40,400 nt of DNA. Origin: Minisyncoccota bacterium. Lineage in GTDB: Bacteria; Patescibacteriota; Minisyncoccia; Phycocordibacterales; UBA918. The stretch is from contig JAGOSI010000002.1 of assembly GCA_018062385.1 (NCBI GenBank), positions 1 to 40,400 of the forward strand, read 5' to 3'. Of this stretch, positions 35,855-40,400 are shown one piece after another (position 1 is the first letter of the stretch; each line of letters starts with the position of its first letter). The notes under the pieces are model-generated. The model saw only the letters and a program-made list of their open reading frames with translations, was not told the DNA's origin and did not search any database. The translations under genes were made by a program, and so were the position numbers.

Positions 35855-36934
35855 CTAAGTGATCTCATTACCATAATGCAAACCTCGAAACCACTTGGCA
35901 AATTGCTGGAGCTCTAAATAACCATATTGATCAACTTTCATCACCCAATGGTATAACTCAAAAGCAGTGGCTTCAGTCGGAAATTCCAACCAATATTGAA
36001 ACTGCTCAATCAAAGATCCAATTCCTCCATCATCAGCAAATGATTGATTCGATACCAAACAATTATTAAACTTCATTCCAATGTAATAAGAATGCTGTTG
36101 AAACAATCTCAACCAGTCATCTTTACTCAAATGTTCTTTATCAGAAGAGAATTTTGGTAAGTAGGCCACTTTTTTAGGATCAAATTTAGCCAGACCCAAG
36201 GATTGTAAAATTTTGATATCTAACCAACCAATATCAAATTCCCACCATTTTAGAGCAAGCCTGGGTGAAGTTTGATAGGCGTGATGATTATTATGCAACT
36301 CTTCTCCACCAATCAAAATCCCAAAAGGTAACAGATTTTGCGAAGCGTCTGGTGTTTCGGCATTACGATAACTTAGAAATTTGTAATGCCCCAAACCATT
36401 AATGACTCCAGCCGCCATGATTGGTATCCAAAACGCTTGAATACCAAAAATAATTAAGCCGGGCCAACCAAAAATAATTGTTTGCACCAAACCCAATAGA
36501 GTCAAACCTAGCCACGGATGTTTTGAATAAAGATTGTGTTCAATCCAATCATCAGGCAAACCTTTGGCCAAATTACCTTGGACATATACTAATATCTCTT
36601 TATCCTTCAAAGCCTGCTTATACAATCTAGCACCATGAGTTAACAGTTTTATAATACCAAGCTGTTGAGGGCTATGCGGATCATCTACCGTCTCACATTT
36701 ATCGTGATGCTTGCGATGAACAGCTACCCATTCGTGAGTTTTCATACCGGTAGTTAGCCAGAGCCAAAACCGGAAGAAATGCTGTACTGAAGGATGAAAT
36801 TCCACAGAACCATGAGTTTTACTGCGATGAAGATATAGAGTTACTGAAACAATAGTGATATGAGTTAGAAATAATGTAATTAAGACATACATCCACCAAG
36901 GTAATTGCCCCAAGAGACCATATAATAAATCCAT
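35855..36934 (-). CDS. Membrane fatty-acid (acyl-CoA/acyl-lipid delta-9-type) desaturase with ~100-aa C-terminal extension
   Basis: Three His boxes: HRSKTH, HRKHHDKCETVDDPHSP and HNNHHAYQ. TM segments. The second ATG (36934) has GGAGG upstream and is preferred over 36946. Confidence 0.85.
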   Translation of the reverse strand: MDLLYGLLGQLPWWMYVLITLFLTHITIVSVTLYLHRSKTHGSVEFHPSVQHFFRFWLWLTTGMKTHEWVAVHRKHHDKCETVDDPHSPQQLGIIKLLTHGARLYKQALKDKEILVYVQGNLAKGLPDDWIEHNLYSKHPWLGLTLLGLVQTIIFGWPGLIIFGIQAFWIPIMAAGVINGLGHYKFLSYRNAETPDASQNLLPFGILIGGEELHNNHHAYQTSPRLALKWWEFDIGWLDIKILQSLGLAKFDPKKVAYLPKFSSDKEHLSKDDWLRLFQQHSYYIGMKFNNCLVSNQSFADDGGIGSLIEQFQYWLEFPTEATAFELYHWVMKVDQYGYLELQQFAKWFRGLHYGNEIT

Positions 36935-37024
36935 TTTAACCTCCATTTTAAATTATGAACGAACAAAAAATAATGAACAATCATTACTGTCTGCATGGTA
37001 CCACATTTTTAGGATGTAGATAGA

Positions 37025-37059
37025 GAAAATGCCCGGCGCCTTCGGCGCCGGGCATTTTC
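37025..37059. terminator. Strong terminator-like hairpin (16-bp stem, UUCG loop) in a divergent intergenic region
   Basis: gaaaatgcccggcgcc-ttcg-gcgccgggcattttc. Symmetric A/U flanks. No annotated gene reads into it from either side. Confidence 0.5.
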
Positions 37060-37180
37060 TACTGCGACCTCTCCCAATACTCCTCAAGCAAAATACTTGT
37101 GTTATATTTACTTTTCCCAAAAATGTTATAATATTTTATCGGCAGTTAGTTATTTCCAAATTCAAAAAAAGGATTGATCG

Positions 37181-37630
37181 ATGATTTTAACAGAGACGGA
37201 CACCAGTCGTGTTGGAGTAACCATTAGGATCAGGAAAAAAATCAAAGCACAACAACTACCTAAATTTAAGCTCCTAAAACCAAAAGTTCCTAAGACTGAA
37301 AAGGAGACAAGAAATTGTAAATCAAAACGCTTATTAAACGATTATGATTTTGAGGAGTTAGAGACCTTACTTAAGCTATTAAGCGAAAATTCAAATTCAT
37401 ACAGAATAGCCCAGGTAGCAAAAGAGTTGACTCGCGAGAAAACGGAATTAGTATTAGTGGAGAAAAAAGATGAACACCATAAACTAATCAAATATATTGT
37501 ACGGATAGCAGGGATGAGGTATGTTATCAATATAGATAAATTAACAATATCCATCTACGATCCAATTTCATTTATAGAATCCTCGGGGGATACTCGAAAA
37601 CGTACATTAATCGGTGGAATTGCCGATTAA
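37181..37630 (+). CDS. Basic protein (149 aa), unknown function
   Basis: Lys/Arg-rich N-terminus. Upstream tataat within aatgttataatatt (~37125-37138). Terminator at 37643-37668. No family recognised. Confidence 0.5.
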   Translation: MILTETDTSRVGVTIRIRKKIKAQQLPKFKLLKPKVPKTEKETRNCKSKRLLNDYDFEELETLLKLLSENSNSYRIAQVAKELTREKTELVLVEKKDEHHKLIKYIVRIAGMRYVINIDKLTISIYDPISFIESSGDTRKRTLIGGIAD

Positions 37631-37642
37631 TCCTTTAAAAAC

Positions 37643-37668
37643 AAAGGGCTGCTATGCAGTCCTTTTTT
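37643..37668 (+). terminator. Rho-independent terminator
   Basis: agggctgc-tat-gcagtcct followed by tttttt. Confidence 0.65.
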
Positions 37669-37762
37669 CTTACCAAAATTCAAAGACCCTAGACATATCT
37701 AAATAATTAGGTACTATCGAACAGGAAATTTGTAAACTTTGACAATTAAATAGGAGGACGTG

Positions 37763-39067
37763 ATGGAAATTAAAGTTGCAAAATTTGGTGGCACTTCATT
37801 ATCTGATCAAGAACAAATCAAGAAGGTTCTCAAGATTGTTCAATCAGATTCCGCACGTAAATACATCGTTGTTTCGGCGCCAGGGAAAAGACATGGCACC
37901 GACCAGAAAATCACCGATCTTCTTTTGGAGTGGCATAAACTTAATGAACTTAACATCCCAGCTTCGGGAATTAAAAAAATTATTTACGATCGCTTTTCAG
38001 AAATAATCCATGGATTAGAAGTGAAATTTGATCTTAAACATGAAATGCGAGAAATTGCGAAAAGTATAAAGTTAGGAGCTTCAGCTGATTACGCAGCTAG
38101 CCGTGGCGAATATCTTAACGGTAAAATTATTGCTCTTGCTCTTAACTTTGAATTTATTGATCCAACTACTTGTATTTCCTTTGATGAAAATGGTAAGTAT
38201 CAAAAAAATGAAGATTTAATTCAAAAGATACTTTCGGGGAAAGTAGCGGTTATTCCCGGATTCTATGGTTCCTTACCTAACGGCTCAGTAAAAACTTTTT
38301 CACGAGGTGGCTCTGATGTTACTGGTGCCATTATAGCTAGCGCAGTTAGGGCCAGTGTTTATGAAAATTGGACTGATGTATCTGGACTACGCATGACTGA
38401 CCCAAGAGTAGTAAGTGTAGCTAAAAAAATAATGACAGTGACTTACCGTGAGTTACGTGAACTTAGCTACATGGGAGCCAATGTTTTTCACGAAGAAGCG
38501 ATGTTTCCAATCCAAGAAACTGGAATCACCACTAATATTCGTAACACAAATGAACCAGAGGATCCCGGTACTTACATAGTTGCTGATATGTCTTCAAAAA
38601 GTAGAGGTATAGTTACCGGTATTGCCGGACGAAAAAACTTTACCGTCATTACTATTGAAAAGAGAATGATGAATCAACAAATTGGTTTTGTTCGCAAAAT
38701 CTTAAGCGTTCTTGAGGCAAACGACATAAGCTTTGAGCATATGCCGAGCGGGATTGATGGTCTAAGTATTATTATTGATGATACAGAGCTTAAGGGAAAG
38801 CACGAAAAAATCTTAGGTGACATCAATGAGACCTGTCGACCTGATAGCATGAAAATGGAGAAGTCAGAAATAGCCATGATTGCCATTGTTGGACAAGCAA
38901 TGAATCACACTCCAGGGGTAGCGGCCATGGTATTTTCAGCTTTAGCAGCTAATGACATCAACATTCGAATGATTAATCAAGGGGCTAGTGAATTAAGTAT
39001 CATAGTTGGTGTTAATAATAATGATTACGATACGGCTATCCGTGTTTTGTATAAATCATTTGCCTAA
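37763..39067 (+). CDS. lysC: Aspartate kinase (monofunctional, with C-terminal ACT domains)
   Basis: KVAKFGGTSL, VVSAPGK..TD.LL, GFYG...G...TFSRGGSD, TDVSG..TDPR. C-terminal ACT-like repeats. RBS aggagg at 37752-37757. Confidence 0.9.
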   Translation: MEIKVAKFGGTSLSDQEQIKKVLKIVQSDSARKYIVVSAPGKRHGTDQKITDLLLEWHKLNELNIPASGIKKIIYDRFSEIIHGLEVKFDLKHEMREIAKSIKLGASADYAASRGEYLNGKIIALALNFEFIDPTTCISFDENGKYQKNEDLIQKILSGKVAVIPGFYGSLPNGSVKTFSRGGSDVTGAIIASAVRASVYENWTDVSGLRMTDPRVVSVAKKIMTVTYRELRELSYMGANVFHEEAMFPIQETGITTNIRNTNEPEDPGTYIVADMSSKSRGIVTGIAGRKNFTVITIEKRMMNQQIGFVRKILSVLEANDISFEHMPSGIDGLSIIIDDTELKGKHEKILGDINETCRPDSMKMEKSEIAMIAIVGQAMNHTPGVAAMVFSALAANDINIRMINQGASELSIIVGVNNNDYDTAIRVLYKSFA

Positions 39068-39090
39068 TATCTGTTCTCAAGTTCTAAATC

Positions 39091-39126
39091 AAAACCGCTC
39101 GTATATAAAATATACGAGCGGTTTTT
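39091..39126. terminator. Bidirectional terminator between lysC and tRNA-Ser
   Basis: aaaaccgctcgtatat-aaaa-tatacgagcggttttt. Confidence 0.85.
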
Positions 39127-39151
39127 CTATTTACCTCAATACGTTCGTCTG

Positions 39152-39238
39152 CGGAGAGGGAGGGATTCGAACCCTCGATACGCTTTCGCGTATACTACCT
39201 TTCCAAGGTAGCGCGTTCAACCGCTCTGCCACCTCTCC
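39152..39238 (-). tRNA. tRNA-Ser (anticodon GGA), type II with long variable arm; CCA not encoded
   Basis: Reverse complement folds by hand as GGAGAGG-TG-GCA-GAGCGGTTGAA-CGC-G-CTACC-TTGGAAA-GGTAG-TATACGCGAAAGCGTATC-GAGGG-TTCGAAT-CCCTC-CCTCTCC-G. Colinear with E. coli tRNA-Ser. One A:C mismatch in the D-stem. Confidence 0.9.
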
Positions 39239-39335
39239 TTATACTTTATTATATTGTAACTCTTTTATTACCTGTAGAGCTTTTGAGTATTAATCATTAA
39301 TTCATAATAGTCGCTTCACTCCTTTCTTCATTGAA

Positions 39336-39352
39336 CGCTCTGCCACCTCTCC
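39336..39352 (-). repeat. Exact 17-nt copy of the 5' end of the tRNA-Ser gene
   Basis: cgctctgccacctctcc is identical to 39222-39238 (tRNA positions 1-17). It lies 97 nt upstream of the tRNA, 8 nt from the htpX stop codon. Confidence 0.85.
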
Positions 39353-39360
39353 ATACACTC

Positions 39361-40257
39361 CTACTTCCCCATCTCCCGTAAAATCCGGATACGGTCAGTG
39401 GCTGGTGGATGCGTAGAAAACAAGCTACTGAGTCTTTGACCAATAGTTTGTTTCTCCTCTGGACCAAAAGGATTAGAGATAAACAAATGAGCAGTAGCAT
39501 GAGAGGCTGAGCGCATTGGTTGCTTATAACCAGAAATTTTTTCTAGCGCTGAAGCCAAACCTTCAGGGTAACGAGTCAAAAGCGCAGCTGAAGCATCCGC
39601 CAAATACTCACGCTTGCGTGATACTGCCATTTGAATCAAATTAGCTGCAATTGGCGCTAAAATAATGCCGATAATGCCGATGATAAGTAAAGCCGGATGA
39701 CGATCTCTGTCTCCCCCACCCATAAATAACATACGAGTGAAAAAATCTGCCAAAATTGCCACAAAACCGGCCAAAACCACCGCCACAGTCATAACCAACA
39801 TATCACGATTTCCAACATGTGAAAGTTCATGTGCCATTACACCTTCAAGCTCATTACGATCTAAAATATTTAACAAACCTGTTGTAGCCGCTACCACAGA
39901 ATGTTCTGGGTTGCGACCAGTCGCAAAGGCGTTTGGCATAGGATCATCCACAATGTAGATCTTTGGCATTGGTAATCCGGCAGTAATCGATAGATTTTCA
40001 ACAATATTGTAAAGCTCTGGTGCATCAGCCTTACTGGCCGGTTTGGCATTGGTCATACTTAAGACTAATTTGTCTGAAAACCAATAACTACCGACATTCA
40101 TCAACAAAGCAAAAATAATGGCACCGTACAAAATTGCCGGACTTTCCATATACCAGCTCACAGCGTAACCAATCGCAATAACAATCGCAAAAAACATCGC
40201 CATCAAAAACCATGTTTTTCGCACATTGCTATCTTGTTGTGTATATAACGTTGCCAT
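39361..40257 (-). CDS. htpX: Membrane zinc metalloprotease HtpX (M48)
   Basis: HELSHVGNRD (HExxH), downstream EYLAD, four TM segments. 298 aa. Confidence 0.9.
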   Translation of the reverse strand: MATLYTQQDSNVRKTWFLMAMFFAIVIAIGYAVSWYMESPAILYGAIIFALLMNVGSYWFSDKLVLSMTNAKPASKADAPELYNIVENLSITAGLPMPKIYIVDDPMPNAFATGRNPEHSVVAATTGLLNILDRNELEGVMAHELSHVGNRDMLVMTVAVVLAGFVAILADFFTRMLFMGGGDRDRHPALLIIGIIGIILAPIAANLIQMAVSRKREYLADASAALLTRYPEGLASALEKISGYKQPMRSASHATAHLFISNPFGPEEKQTIGQRLSSLFSTHPPATDRIRILREMGK

Positions 40258-40274
40258 ATTTAATTGTTTTTTTC

Positions 40275-40400
40275 CTAAATTGGGACTCCTTGTGGACTTT
40301 CATTACTTTGGTAAGTTACATCTTCAGACCATTTTAAGAAATATTTATGCTTAAATCCGCCTTTCTTCAAATAATTATTAGCCTTTGCTTTACTAACCTC
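40275..40400 (-). CDS. 3' end of an unidentified CDS (41 codons plus stop), 5' part outside window
   Basis: Open minus-strand frame ..EVSKAKANNYLKKGGFKHKYFLKWSEDVTYQSNESPQGVPI, with TAG at 40275-40277. It sits 17 nt upstream of the htpX start. Family not recognised. Confidence 0.4.
   Translation of the reverse strand, partial: EVSKAKANNYLKKGGFKHKYFLKWSEDVTYQSNESPQGVPI

Noticed and set aside
39152-39360. Integrated mobile element or prophage at tRNA-Ser
   Set aside because: No integrase, no 3'-end tRNA direct repeat and no phage genes. The flanking genes (lysC, htpX) are ordinary core genes.
39297-39500. 67-aa minus-strand ORF overlapping the htpX 3' end and the tRNA-fragment region
   Set aside because: It is out of frame with htpX, overlaps it and has no signals. 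htpX is clearly the real gene.

Overview
AT-rich bacterial window, standard code (TGA is a stop at 18555 and 21927), dense with secreted or membrane-anchored proteins. The gene content looks like a Patescibacteria/CPR-type genome; this is inference only. Recognisable core genes are typA, htpX, lysC, an rluF-like pseudouridine synthase, an Hsp20, an ABC exporter, an ECF sigma factor, umuD/umuC, a fatty-acid desaturase and tRNA-Ser(GGA). Four accessory loci stand out. (1) 24.1-29.3 kb: a leaderless protein with three Calx-beta-like domains, an M23/LytM-like domain and RTX-like repeats. Its last RTX module, terminator and the signal-anchor of the downstream gene are duplicated exactly 1460 bp downstream as a promoterless orphan cassette with a different downstream gene. 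A decayed fragment of the large gene follows. The layout resembles polymorphic toxin/immunity or silent-cassette loci. (2) 30.2-35.5 kb: an operon of three TasA/camelysin-like paralogs plus a SipW-type signal peptidase fused to a fourth TasA-like module that carries its own SipW-type signal peptide. (3) 3.3-7.3 kb: a neighbouring cohesin protein and dockerin protein. (4) A WxL-like/DUF916-like surface locus, and a umuD-GH18-terminator-umuC arrangement. No CRISPR array, transposase, integrase or rRNA was seen. All domain calls are motif recognition by eye, not searches.
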